A stretch of DNA of 64,000 nucleotides from Nannocystales bacterium (GTDB lineage: Bacteria > Myxococcota_A > Polyangia > Nannocystales > Nannocystaceae), in contig JBOEGF010000042.1 in the NCBI GenBank assembly GCA_050633305.1, positions 63,408 to 127,407 on the forward strand, read 5' to 3'. Shown here piece by piece: positions 38,522 through 47,688 of the stretch; positions within the stretch are counted from its first letter, which is position 1; each line of letters starts with the position of its first letter. The notes beneath the pieces are model-generated. The model saw only the letters and a list, made by a program, of their open reading frames with translations, made no database searches and was not told the origin of the DNA. Both the position numbers and the translations under genes were made by a program.

Positions 38522-39748
38522 ATGGATCCCTGGGACGACGACGACGCCTTTCGAGTCGCACGGGACTTGCACGGTGGTCCCGGCGTGAGTGCGATGCAAA
38601 CGTCCACCACCGCCAACTGCGGTTTGGCCCGCGCCCCGATGGCAGCTCTCGACGCCCTCATCGAGACTGCGTGGTCCTTCCCCAGCTTCCGCGTCAGCTA
38701 CGGCGCATTCGATGGGCCACGCGCGATCCGGTTCCACGCCAGCGCCGGCTCCGAAAGCCAAGCTGCACTCGACGGCATCCGCGTCGACCTCTCCGATGCG
38801 CCACGGCTCATCGAGGCATTGCGCAACGCCGACGCCCCTGTCGCTTTCGAGGACTCGGAGTCCGACTCCCGAATGCGGCCGATAGCGCCAGCGTTCGCCG
38901 AGTTGGGCGCCCGCTCGCTTTTGATCCTTCCCATCCGCCGCGAACGCGAGATCCAACCCTTCGGCATCGTCATGATGGACCGCCCGAAGCCCCGCACCTG
39001 GGGGCCCAAGGAAGGCGCAGCGCTCGACCGGATGGGACCTCTGATCGCCCTCACACTCGAGCACGTCGAGGCCCAGGCTGAGCTCGAGAGTCGCCGCACC
39101 AGCTCGGCCCGGCACGAGCGACGGGTCACCGCGATGCGCGGTTTGATCGCCGGCGTTGCCACCGACGCGCAGCGACTGCTCGGCGCGCTCCGGCCCAGTG
39201 TCGGCGACGACCAAACCAGCCAGAGCCTGCTCGGGCAACTCGAACGGCTGGTCCACGATCTCGACCGCGTTCAGCACGGGCCAAGTCGGCTCACCCACCC
39301 CTTCGATCTCACCCCGGTGATTCGCGAACTCGCCTCGGGCCTTCGCGCCCTCACCACCGCCAAGATCCACACCGCCGGATTCTCCACCGAACTCATCGGC
39401 GTTCAGGCCAACCGCACTGGAGTGGAGCGTGTGCTCGTCAACCTCATCGCGCACGTCACCCGCGATGCCACCAGCGACCAGGGGCTCACGCTCGAGCTGT
39501 CACACCCGCCGGACGGAGTCGGACCCGAACTCCGCGTTCACGGCAGCGCGCTGCACCTCGACGATGCCCTCACCCTGATCGGTGGCGGCGAGCGGTTCGA
39601 TTCCGCCGCGGAGATCGATCCCGAGCTGTGGCAGGTCCGTTGCGAGGCGCTCTTGCAAGACATCCGGCTCCGCCTCGAAGACGGCGCCCTCGTCCTCGAG
39701 TTCCCACCCGCAGCCCTCCACAGCGACGCTGCGAAGACTACGGGTTAG
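38522..39748 (+). CDS. GAF domain protein with degenerate histidine-kinase core
   Basis: GARSLLILPI...PRTW GAF; GLIAGVATD in place of GRLAGGVAHD; VERVLVNL N-box; no G boxes. Confidence 0.75.
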   Translation: MDPWDDDDAFRVARDLHGGPGVSAMQTSTTANCGLARAPMAALDALIETAWSFPSFRVSYGAFDGPRAIRFHASAGSESQAALDGIRVDLSDAPRLIEALRNADAPVAFEDSESDSRMRPIAPAFAELGARSLLILPIRREREIQPFGIVMMDRPKPRTWGPKEGAALDRMGPLIALTLEHVEAQAELESRRTSSARHERRVTAMRGLIAGVATDAQRLLGALRPSVGDDQTSQSLLGQLERLVHDLDRVQHGPSRLTHPFDLTPVIRELASGLRALTTAKIHTAGFSTELIGVQANRTGVERVLVNLIAHVTRDATSDQGLTLELSHPPDGVGPELRVHGSALHLDDALTLIGGGERFDSAAEIDPELWQVRCEALLQDIRLRLEDGALVLEFPPAALHSDAAKTTG

Positions 39749-39899
39749 GGCGAATCCCTCCCAGCCTCGCCCTTCCCCCCACGGTTCTCAACCGCCACAC
39801 CCGCGAGCCCCGCCCCCCAAACCCAAGAAAGGATTCGCCCAGCGTAGGCAGTCGTCCTCCCCCCACAGCGTCGAATCCAAAGGATTCGACGACATACAG
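39748..39899. repeat. Dispersed palindromic element, copy 1
   Basis: GGGCGAATCC(39748)...GGATTCGCCC(39840), then hairpin CGTCGAATCC-AAA-GGATTCGACG; homologous to 63390-63540. Confidence 0.85.
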
Positions 39900-39916
39900 G
39901 GTGGTAGGACCCAGGC

Positions 39917-40077
39917 CTCAGCTGCCGGGACTCAGGTGCCCGGACTCCGGAACTCAGCTGCCCGGACTCCGGGACTCAGCTGCTCGGACTCCGGGACTCA
40001 GCTGCCCGGACTCCGGGACTCAGCTGCTCGGACTCCGGAACTCAGCTGCTCGGAACTCCGGGACTCAGGACTCAGGA
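39917..40077. repeat. 22-bp tandem repeat (minisatellite), 6 full units plus partials
   Basis: Unit CTCAGCTGCYCGGACTCCGGRA at 39931-40063, no spacers. Confidence 0.95.
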
Positions 40078-40583
40078 ACAGCCTTGAGCTTCGGCGCGCG
40101 GACGATACGTGCAGGAACGCCGATCGCCGTCGCCCCAGCAGGAACGTCGTTGAGCACCAACGAGTTCGGAGCGATCCGTGCACCGTCGCCGACCTTCACC
40201 GGGCCGATCAGAACCGCTCCGGTTCCGATGAACACGTCGTTGCCGATCTCAGGAACGCCGGGGCGATCGACCGTGGTCGCAAGGCTGACGTTGTGCATCA
40301 GACCCACGCGGTCCCCCAGCTTCACCTTGGGGTGAATCAGGATGTCCTTGGCATGGATCAGGTGCGGGGCCTCGCCAAACTCCACCGTGTCCCCGACATG
40401 ACACCCGCAAGAGACGTTGGTCGCGAGAAACCCAACCCGGTAAACCTTCTGCGCAAACCACCGAACCGGCTGCGGAAGTTTGTTCTTCCACCGGCCAAAA
40501 CGGTAGACCGCCATGACCCATGTGCCCGGCTCAGAGAGCTGGCTGCCATGGCGCTTAAAGTCGCTACGAAACTTCTCAAACAT
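40065..40583 (-). CDS. Serine O-acetyltransferase-like hexapeptide-repeat protein
   Basis: AVYRFGRW, PEIGNDVFIGTGAVLIG, IGVPAR. Confidence 0.88.
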   Translation of the reverse strand: MFEKFRSDFKRHGSQLSEPGTWVMAVYRFGRWKNKLPQPVRWFAQKVYRVGFLATNVSCGCHVGDTVEFGEAPHLIHAKDILIHPKVKLGDRVGLMHNVSLATTVDRPGVPEIGNDVFIGTGAVLIGPVKVGDGARIAPNSLVLNDVPAGATAIGVPARIVRAPKLKAVPES

Positions 40584-40642
40584 GCGGTGCGCCTCGCCAG
40601 CACCCTCGCACGGCACGGCGCGTGGAGCAACGGATCACGTTG

Positions 40643-41134
40643 TCAGGTGGTCTCGCCGAGCAGCGGCAGCAAGCGGTCCATGATGTGTTTCACGCTCCCC
40701 TGCCCTTTGATGCCGCCTTCGATCTTCTTGCCCCCAAAACGACCGTCCGGACCTGGCAACGCAAACCGCGGAATCAGGCGGCCGCCGTACCCAGCGTTTT
40801 CGAGGCGCTCGTTGTCCACGTCTGCGTCGTATTCGAGGAACTTGATCCCGGCGAGTTCATCGTCGAGCGCGCCACGCTCCAGCGCAGCATGAAACTCCTG
40901 GCACGGGCCGCACCAGCTCGCGCCAACGTAGACCACGACCCGCTCGCCGGCCGAGCCCGAGACGACTCCTTGCACTTCCTCGGCCACCGGCTGGCCAGCG
41001 GCCGCGGGTACGAACCGTGGTTTTGCCTTGGTCGGAGCTGCGACCGCCTGCGGCGCGCTCTTGGGTTTGGGGGTGGAGCTCTTTCCAGAGCAGCCAACCA
41101 ACAGGAGCAACGGGAGGTAGCGTGCGCACCTCAT
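40643..41134 (-). CDS. Thioredoxin-fold lipoprotein
   Basis: LVGC lipobox; WCGPC. Confidence 0.88.
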   Translation of the reverse strand: MRCARYLPLLLLVGCSGKSSTPKPKSAPQAVAAPTKAKPRFVPAAAGQPVAEEVQGVVSGSAGERVVVYVGASWCGPCQEFHAALERGALDDELAGIKFLEYDADVDNERLENAGYGGRLIPRFALPGPDGRFGGKKIEGGIKGQGSVKHIMDRLLPLLGETT

Positions 41135-41277
41135 AGGCCGCCATCATAGACGTAAAGCGCCGGTAATGAGGGACGAGCTAAGCCGCTGAAATCGCCTGAG
41201 ACTTCCCCCTCCGACGCTTCGACGCCAACCCCGCCTCTTGGCAGGCCGCTCCGGGTGCACAGGTTGGACGGGTCATC

Positions 41278-42009
41278 ATGAAGTGGTCCTGGAAACTCGG
41301 CCGATTCGCGGGAATCGACGCCTACGTACACACCTCGTTCTTGCTGCTGGTCGCATGGGCGGCCTGGGCCGCCTACCAAGGCGCGGGCACGGGTTTGGCG
41401 GCGGTGCTCGGCGTTGTATTCCTCGTCGGCGTCTTCGGGTCCGTTCTCCTCCACGAGTTCGGACACGCCCTTACCGCACGGCACTACGGCATCCGCACCC
41501 GAAGGATCGTGTTGTGGCCGATGGGCGGCGTGGCTCAGCTCGAGGGCAATCCCCGCACCCCCAGACAAGAGCTGCACATCGCGCTCGCCGGCCCCGCCGT
41601 CAACTTCGCGATCGCGGCGGGTCTGTGGGCGCTGGTCAGCCTCGTCGGTCTCCCCACCTACGGTCTGCTCGGGTCGCTGATCGTCGCCAACCTAACGCTG
41701 GGTCTGTTCAACCTCGTGCCAGCCTTTCCCATGGATGGAGGGCGGGTTCTGCGAGCGGTCCTCGCGACCCGCGTCGGAGGTCGGCGCGCGACGGACATCG
41801 CGGTGAAGATCGGAAAAGCTGCGGCAGCCGCGTTCATCATCGCCGGCTTCTTCGGGAACACCTTGCTCATCCTCGTTGGCGCGTTCGTCTGGTTCGCCGC
41901 CGGCGCGGAAGGCCGCGGCAACCCTTATGGCCAACCCGTGCACCATGTCCGGCCACCGGGCGTCCCGATGAGCCCGGAGCGTGTATTCCTGCTCATCCGG
42001 CGGTTCTAA
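41278..42009 (+). CDS. Site-2 protease (M50) family
   Basis: HEFGH and FNLVPAFPMDGGR; multiple TM segments. Confidence 0.93.
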   Translation: MKWSWKLGRFAGIDAYVHTSFLLLVAWAAWAAYQGAGTGLAAVLGVVFLVGVFGSVLLHEFGHALTARHYGIRTRRIVLWPMGGVAQLEGNPRTPRQELHIALAGPAVNFAIAAGLWALVSLVGLPTYGLLGSLIVANLTLGLFNLVPAFPMDGGRVLRAVLATRVGGRRATDIAVKIGKAAAAAFIIAGFFGNTLLILVGAFVWFAAGAEGRGNPYGQPVHHVRPPGVPMSPERVFLLIRRF

Positions 42010-42017
42010 CCGCCGTC

Positions 42018-42052
42018 AAACCCCCGCGGGCCCCATGCTCGCGGGGGTTTTT
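42018..42052 (+). terminator. Intrinsic terminator
   Basis: AAACCCCCGCGGGC-loop-GCTCGCGGGGGTTTTT just after the S2P stop. Confidence 0.8.
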
Positions 42053-42096
42053 CGGTGGCACTGGCCGCAACGGCCCGGACCGCCTACCTTTCAGGC

Positions 42097-42912
42097 GTGA
42101 CGCCGCAAGCACGTCGAAAGCGCAGGCTGGCCGCCTTGGGCACATTCCTCGCGGTTTCGATCGGGCTCTTCTTCCTCGCGATCCCGTTCCTCTCGGGCTT
42201 TGTCTCGCGCTTCGTCCCCGCCTCGGTCGAGGCCACCGTCGGCTCGCAGATGATCGACGAGCTCAGCAAAGAGACCGACTTCTGCCAGGAAAGCGAGGGA
42301 CTCCAGGCCCTCGACATCCTCGTCGAGGCTCTCGCCGCGCAAACCGACGGAACCTATGAGTTTCGGGTGTACGTCGCCGACCAGGAGTTGCTCAACGCGT
42401 TCGCCGCTCCGGGCGGCCACATCGTGCTCTACCGCAGCATCGTCGAGGAGGCGGGGTCGGCCGAGGAAATCGCAGGCGTCCTCGCCCACGAGATGGCACA
42501 CGTCACCAACGGTCACCCAGCAAGGGGCATGGTCGAAGCCATGGGCTACGGCGTGTTCCGCCTGTTCACCGTCGACGACAGCATGGGCGCCGAGCTCGTG
42601 AAATCCACCGTGGTCAATCACTACAGCCGCGAAGACGAACTCGACGCCGACCGCTCGGGCGTCGAGCTGCTCAACGCCGCCAACATGGACTCCCGCGGTC
42701 TACTCGCCTTCTTCGACCGCCTGAGCGACCGAGGCCAGGAGATTCCCGGCGCACTCGAGTTTCTCTCCACGCACCCCAGCGGCGAGACCCGCAAGAACGC
42801 GCTCGAGAACTACGTCAGCGAAGCCAAGCCGGTTCTCACCGACGCGCAGTGGAAGGCGCTGCGAACGGTCTGCCAAGAGACCGGTCCCGCGGTCTACGTC
42901 GGGCCGGGTTGA
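42097..42912 (+). CDS. M48 family metallopeptidase
   Basis: NAFAAPGG, HEMAH, YSREDELDAD, FLSTHP; N-terminal TM. Confidence 0.92.
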   Translation: MTPQARRKRRLAALGTFLAVSIGLFFLAIPFLSGFVSRFVPASVEATVGSQMIDELSKETDFCQESEGLQALDILVEALAAQTDGTYEFRVYVADQELLNAFAAPGGHIVLYRSIVEEAGSAEEIAGVLAHEMAHVTNGHPARGMVEAMGYGVFRLFTVDDSMGAELVKSTVVNHYSREDELDADRSGVELLNAANMDSRGLLAFFDRLSDRGQEIPGALEFLSTHPSGETRKNALENYVSEAKPVLTDAQWKALRTVCQETGPAVYVGPG

Positions 42913-43006
42913 CCACGGCGAGTACCGACTTCCGGCCCGGGACGTGCTTCTCGAAGAACGACACGAAGCGCTCTAGCGAAGTCCAGCCACTGTAACCCTA
43001 CCCACG

Positions 43007-43495
43007 TCACGTTGGACGCTGGCCGCCCTCCAGCACATCGGCGACCCCCTTCGACCCGACCGCACGAGCCACCTGCAACGCCGTACGTCCGCTGGGATCC
43101 GTAGCTTCAGCATTGGACCCCGCATCGAGTAACGCCCAGGCCGCGTCCGGCTGGTTGAACATCGCGGCGTACATCAACGCTGTACGTCCCGACGGGTCGA
43201 CGAAGTCCAGTTTCGCTCCGTGCGCCGCCAGCAACCGAATCACGTCCACCCGGCCCCGGTAGGCAGCGCTTGCAAGCGGCGTTCGTCCGCCCTCGTTCGC
43301 CTTCTCGACATCCGCACCGCGCCCGAGCAGCTCGGTCACAACTTCAGCGTGGCCCGCGGTCGCAGCGGCGATGAGCAGGGTCAGACCCTTCTCGTCCGCG
43401 GCATCGACGGGCAGGCCCGCGTCCAGAGCCACGCGCACATCGGAGAGATCGCCAGCCTTGGCACTGCGAAGGACGGGCTTGAGTTCCGGCGCCAT
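43007..43495 (-). CDS. Ankyrin repeat protein
   Basis: Repeated G.T(P/A)L..AA..G motifs; start at ATG 43495. Confidence 0.9.
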   Translation of the reverse strand: MAPELKPVLRSAKAGDLSDVRVALDAGLPVDAADEKGLTLLIAAATAGHAEVVTELLGRGADVEKANEGGRTPLASAAYRGRVDVIRLLAAHGAKLDFVDPSGRTALMYAAMFNQPDAAWALLDAGSNAEATDPSGRTALQVARAVGSKGVADVLEGGQRPT

Positions 43496-43625
43496 GGGTG
43501 GAGACTGACACAGCTTGCGGAAGGCGCCCGTGGTTGCGACCCCCCCGCATTTGCGGGCTCCAACGGGCGCTCGCACGCCCAGCACGGTCTCGACGAGGTC
43601 ACCCCATGGGACACCGCTCGCTGGG

Positions 43626-46475
43626 TCACTCTTCGGGGGCCAGCCACGCCGTGCAACGCTCGGCGAGCAGCTTTGCTTGCGGGTCCGGGAGAGCCGCGAA
43701 TCCGTCCTTGGCAGCGCGCACCAACTCCCCTGCCCGCTGCTCAGCTCCGGTCGAGCCCAGCGCGCGTCCCAGTGCCCAGCGCGCTTGCGCCAGACCGAGA
43801 GCGTCGGAGGGGTTTGCCAGCGCCAGGGCCAGCCCCCGCTCCAGAAGAGGGAGTGCCTCCGAAGTGGCTCCACTCGCGAGCAAGACCCGGCCCAGTCCGA
43901 CCAGAGGGTATGCGAGTCGATGGTCGTCCGGAGGGAGCTCAGGCTCCAGAAGCTCGAGTGCACGTTCGAAGGCAGTTTCCGCCTCCGCCTCGCGCCCCAA
44001 CTCGAGCAGACACTCTCCGATGTTGCTCTCGTCCAGGCCGACGAGGACCGGCCGCACCTCGTCTGCCCTGACGTGTTGTTGCAGAACCCCCTTGTAGTCC
44101 TCGAGGGCCTGGGCGGCCTGCCCTGCGCGGAGTCGAAACCCTGCGAGGGTGGCCTCGTGGTTGAGGCGATCGCTGTCCCCCGGAGGCAGGCGCTCGGCCC
44201 ATGACTTCACGAGTTCGAGCGCTTCTGCGTCGATCGGCTCCGACAACGAATCCAGCAGGATGCGCGCGACCAGAGCGTCCAACGCCAGCCTCGGGCGTTC
44301 AGCAGCCGCGGAAATCTCGAACGCTGCGTTCAGGTCCTCCCGTGCACGCGCGTCGTCCCGCATCGAGATCCGAAACACGCCCCGATTGAGCCGTGCAAAC
44401 CCCACGTCGGGATGTTGGGCGCCAAGCATCTCCTCCAGGCCCTCGACCGCAGCGTCGTGCATTCGCCCAGCATGGTCGGGTTCCCGGGATTCCAGGACGA
44501 GAGCGCGCATGGAGACCGCCCGAAGGTACACAGGGTGCCGCTGGGGAAGCGACGCGTCGTACAAGGAGACGGCGTTGCGGCTCGCACTGTCGGCCAGCTC
44601 CAAGTTCCCTTCGAGCAGGGCCAGGGCTGCAACATGCATGGCCAAGTCGCCGCGCCTTCGCGGGCCCGCGCTCGTCCGAGACTGCTTCGAGCTGGCGACG
44701 CGGACCCATTGTTTCGCCGACGCGGGCTGGTCGAGGTCGGTAAACAGCACGCTCAGAGCCAGCGCGACGTCACCCGCCATTGCGTCGTCCCCGGAGGTCT
44801 CTGCATCCTCCAGCGCGGCGACAAGATCCGCTTCACCGGTCTCGAGACTGTGATGTCGAAGTCGGCCTCGATGCAGAGAGGCCTCGGCCCGCAACGGGGG
44901 ATAGGCCAGCCTTTGCGCCTCTTGCCAGGCCGCGTTCGCGAGAGCGTTGGCGCTGGCACCCGCCCCCAAGGCCTGCGCAGCAAGGCTGGAGTCGAGCTGG
45001 ACGTGGACCGCGGCGACCTCGTCTGCCAACGCCGGCGGCGGCGGGCCTATCCGGAGGAGGGCATCGGCATCCTCGCACCCTTCGAGCGAAGGGATCCGCC
45101 GCAACACCTCCATCGCGTGCTGGGCCGGATTCTCCGCGCGCTCCAACTCGGAGAGCAGCGTGTCGGTTGTCTGCGCACGACGCTCGAGGCATGCACGTTG
45201 CCGCCCCAGCGTTTCTTCCGTGGCGTCGCCAAGCTCCCGAGCACCGCGACATGCAGTTTCCTGCCGCCCTGCCCAGTCGTCCGCCCATTCGTCGAGAGCC
45301 TGGTCGAACGACTCCCACACCGCCGGGGAAAGTGGAGCGTCTTTCGCAAAGAGTGCTTCGATCCCCGCCTGACGGTCGCGCTGCCATGCCGCGAGTGTTG
45401 GGATGTCCCCACACGGCTCCTCCGGCAGCCACGCCAGAGCTGCGGTCGCCACAGCGGCAGTGCTGCCCATTCCGACGAGCCACCAACGACGTCGCCGGCG
45501 TTGTCGCTCCGGCCACGCCTCCACTGCGTCGACCAAAGCCCCCATCGTCGGCCACCGATCCTTGGGATCGGACGCAAGCCCGCGCTCGACCAACGCGACC
45601 AAGCCACGCGGCGCACTTCTCGACCCCCGCTCTCCGCGGCGAATCGTCCCAGATTCGATGTTGTTGTAGAGGTCCAGCACCCGCGTTCCACCAAAGGGCC
45701 GAACGCCCTCGAGCGCCTCATACAGGGCGACGCAGTACGCGAACTGGTCGCTGTGCGGGCTCGCAGCGCCACCGCGAAGCTGCTCGGGCGCCATGTAGGC
45801 CGGTGTCCCCAGCGTCGCGCCAGTCTCCGTGAGCGTGACATCCAGACCGCCGCGCCCGCGAGTGTCCGTACCGGTCCGCTCGCCTTCATTCAGCCCATCC
45901 AAGGCGCCGCGTGCCAGCCCAAAGTCGAGCACACGTGCGCGCCCATCTTCGGCAACCATGCAGTTCGCAGGCTTGAAGTCCCGGTGGACCAATCCTCTGT
46001 CGTGAGCCGCTTCCAGCCCCCGCCCCGCACCCACCAGGACCGCCAAGCACTCGGCCCACGTGGGCTCGGCGTTCGCGAGCCAAGCTCGAAGCGTGACGCC
46101 GGTGACGAGCTCCATCGCGATGAACAGGCTGCCCTCGTGTTCACCGATCTCGTGGATGCCCACTACGTTGGGGTGGGCAAGCTGTGCCAGGGCGGTCGCC
46201 TCTCGCCGAAAGCGAGCTTCTGCACCGCCCACGTCGAGCGCCTCGGGACCGATCAGTTTGACTGCGACCGCGCGGTGCAGATCATCGTCCCAGGCCTTGT
46301 AGGCCACGCCCATCGCGCCCTGTCCCAGCATCCCGTTCAGGCGGTACCGACCCACACGGTGCTCTGGGACTGGGGTGCCGAACAAGAGCGCTGCGACGCG
46401 CTCTTTTTCACCACGGAGGGTGTCCTCCCGCGGCGTTCTGGGATCTACCAGGTCCGGATCGAGCTCCGTGGTCAC
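43626..46475 (-). CDS. Ser/Thr protein kinase with TM and TPRs
   Basis: GQGAMG, VAVK, HRDFKPAN, DFG, GTPAYMAPE. Confidence 0.93.
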   Translation of the reverse strand: MTTELDPDLVDPRTPREDTLRGEKERVAALLFGTPVPEHRVGRYRLNGMLGQGAMGVAYKAWDDDLHRAVAVKLIGPEALDVGGAEARFRREATALAQLAHPNVVGIHEIGEHEGSLFIAMELVTGVTLRAWLANAEPTWAECLAVLVGAGRGLEAAHDRGLVHRDFKPANCMVAEDGRARVLDFGLARGALDGLNEGERTGTDTRGRGGLDVTLTETGATLGTPAYMAPEQLRGGAASPHSDQFAYCVALYEALEGVRPFGGTRVLDLYNNIESGTIRRGERGSRSAPRGLVALVERGLASDPKDRWPTMGALVDAVEAWPERQRRRRRWWLVGMGSTAAVATAALAWLPEEPCGDIPTLAAWQRDRQAGIEALFAKDAPLSPAVWESFDQALDEWADDWAGRQETACRGARELGDATEETLGRQRACLERRAQTTDTLLSELERAENPAQHAMEVLRRIPSLEGCEDADALLRIGPPPPALADEVAAVHVQLDSSLAAQALGAGASANALANAAWQEAQRLAYPPLRAEASLHRGRLRHHSLETGEADLVAALEDAETSGDDAMAGDVALALSVLFTDLDQPASAKQWVRVASSKQSRTSAGPRRRGDLAMHVAALALLEGNLELADSASRNAVSLYDASLPQRHPVYLRAVSMRALVLESREPDHAGRMHDAAVEGLEEMLGAQHPDVGFARLNRGVFRISMRDDARAREDLNAAFEISAAAERPRLALDALVARILLDSLSEPIDAEALELVKSWAERLPPGDSDRLNHEATLAGFRLRAGQAAQALEDYKGVLQQHVRADEVRPVLVGLDESNIGECLLELGREAEAETAFERALELLEPELPPDDHRLAYPLVGLGRVLLASGATSEALPLLERGLALALANPSDALGLAQARWALGRALGSTGAEQRAGELVRAAKDGFAALPDPQAKLLAERCTAWLAPEE

Positions 46476-46670
46476 GACCGCCCCCCCGAGCAAACCCACC
46501 GGACGACGCAGAGACAAGGTTCGTCCACAACTCGCGCCCTACGGATCACCAGCCGGCGATATCCGTTGAGATGAGAACGAAACACAGAGCAACTCTACCT
46601 GAGCCGCGGACCAAGTCCCGGCGCCATCCGGGCCGGTCCGAGAGCCTGTTTTCGTGGTAGGCCAACATTC

Positions 46671-47642
46671 GTGGACCGGGCGGACATGGGGGCCGCCCGT
46701 TGGTCGGATCCGGCCCGCGGGCATTACGAAAGCTGGTTTCAGCGCGCCAACCACCCCAGCCAACGCTTGGCGTTTTGGATCCGTTACACGGTCTTCATCC
46801 CGGCCGACGGCAGTCGTCCCTCCCTCGGAGAACTCTGGGCCATTCTCTTCGACGGAGACGAAATCATCGCCCGCAAAGCCGAGCACCCACTCGCCGATTG
46901 CAGCTTCTCCAACCAGACGATCGACGTCCGTATCGGCGAATCCACGCTCGACCTTCAGCAGTGCAACGGCAGCATCGACGATGTCCGATGGTCGCTGCGC
47001 TACGAGAGCCCGGCGCCTCCACTGCTCATGCTCCCCGAGCGCCTCTACACGGGGGGATTTCCCAAGGCCAAGTTGTTGGTCGGCTCACCGCTGGCCCGCT
47101 ACTCGGGCACGCTGACGATCGGCGACCGCGAGATCTCGATCGACGGATGGGTTGGCTCGCAGAACCACAACTGGGGAAGTCGACACACCGACCGGTACGC
47201 CTGGGGCCAGGTCGCGGGGTTCGACGACGCCCCGGAAGTCTTCCTCGAAGCCGCGACGGTTTGGCTGCAGTTTGGCCCATTGTGGACCCCGCCACTGACC
47301 GTGGCTTCGGTCCGAGCCTCAGGTCGAATCGTTCAACGGGTCGGCATGCTCCAGGCGCTGCGGGCCAACGCTTCGGTCGAAGGCTTCCACTGGTCGTTCG
47401 AGAGTCGGGGACGCGACACCAGCATCGAGGCGAGCTTTCAAGCGTCGGCTCGTGACTTCGTTGCGCTTCGATACCTAAACCCGCCGCGCGGCCACAAGTC
47501 TTGCCTCAACTCGAAACTCGCCCGCTGCGAACTCATGGTTCGGGCACCCGACATGGAGACGCTGCGCTGCTCGACCCAACATCGTGCCGCGTTCGAACTC
47601 CTGCAGGACGAGGCCCCGCCCGAGCTACCGCTGCAGTTCTGA
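46671..47642 (+). CDS. Conserved hypothetical protein (tocopherol cyclase/AttH-like beta fold)
   Basis: HYESWF, AFWIRYT, GSQNHNWG; Trp-rich beta pattern. Confidence 0.6.
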   Translation: MDRADMGAARWSDPARGHYESWFQRANHPSQRLAFWIRYTVFIPADGSRPSLGELWAILFDGDEIIARKAEHPLADCSFSNQTIDVRIGESTLDLQQCNGSIDDVRWSLRYESPAPPLLMLPERLYTGGFPKAKLLVGSPLARYSGTLTIGDREISIDGWVGSQNHNWGSRHTDRYAWGQVAGFDDAPEVFLEAATVWLQFGPLWTPPLTVASVRASGRIVQRVGMLQALRANASVEGFHWSFESRGRDTSIEASFQASARDFVALRYLNPPRGHKSCLNSKLARCELMVRAPDMETLRCSTQHRAAFELLQDEAPPELPLQF

Positions 47643-47688
47643 GCCGGATCACCCGCGGAGCGCCGGGTTTTGCGGTATCAAAAGAGGC

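Noticed and set aside
39917..40077. CRISPR array
   Set aside because: Units are contiguous with no unique spacers, and there are no cas genes in the window.
69..46574. Long antisense or alternate-frame ORFs (e.g. 69-1811, 1706-3412, 34274-36130, 44412-46574)
   Set aside because: Shadow ORFs typical of high-GC DNA, opposite genes with clear motifs.
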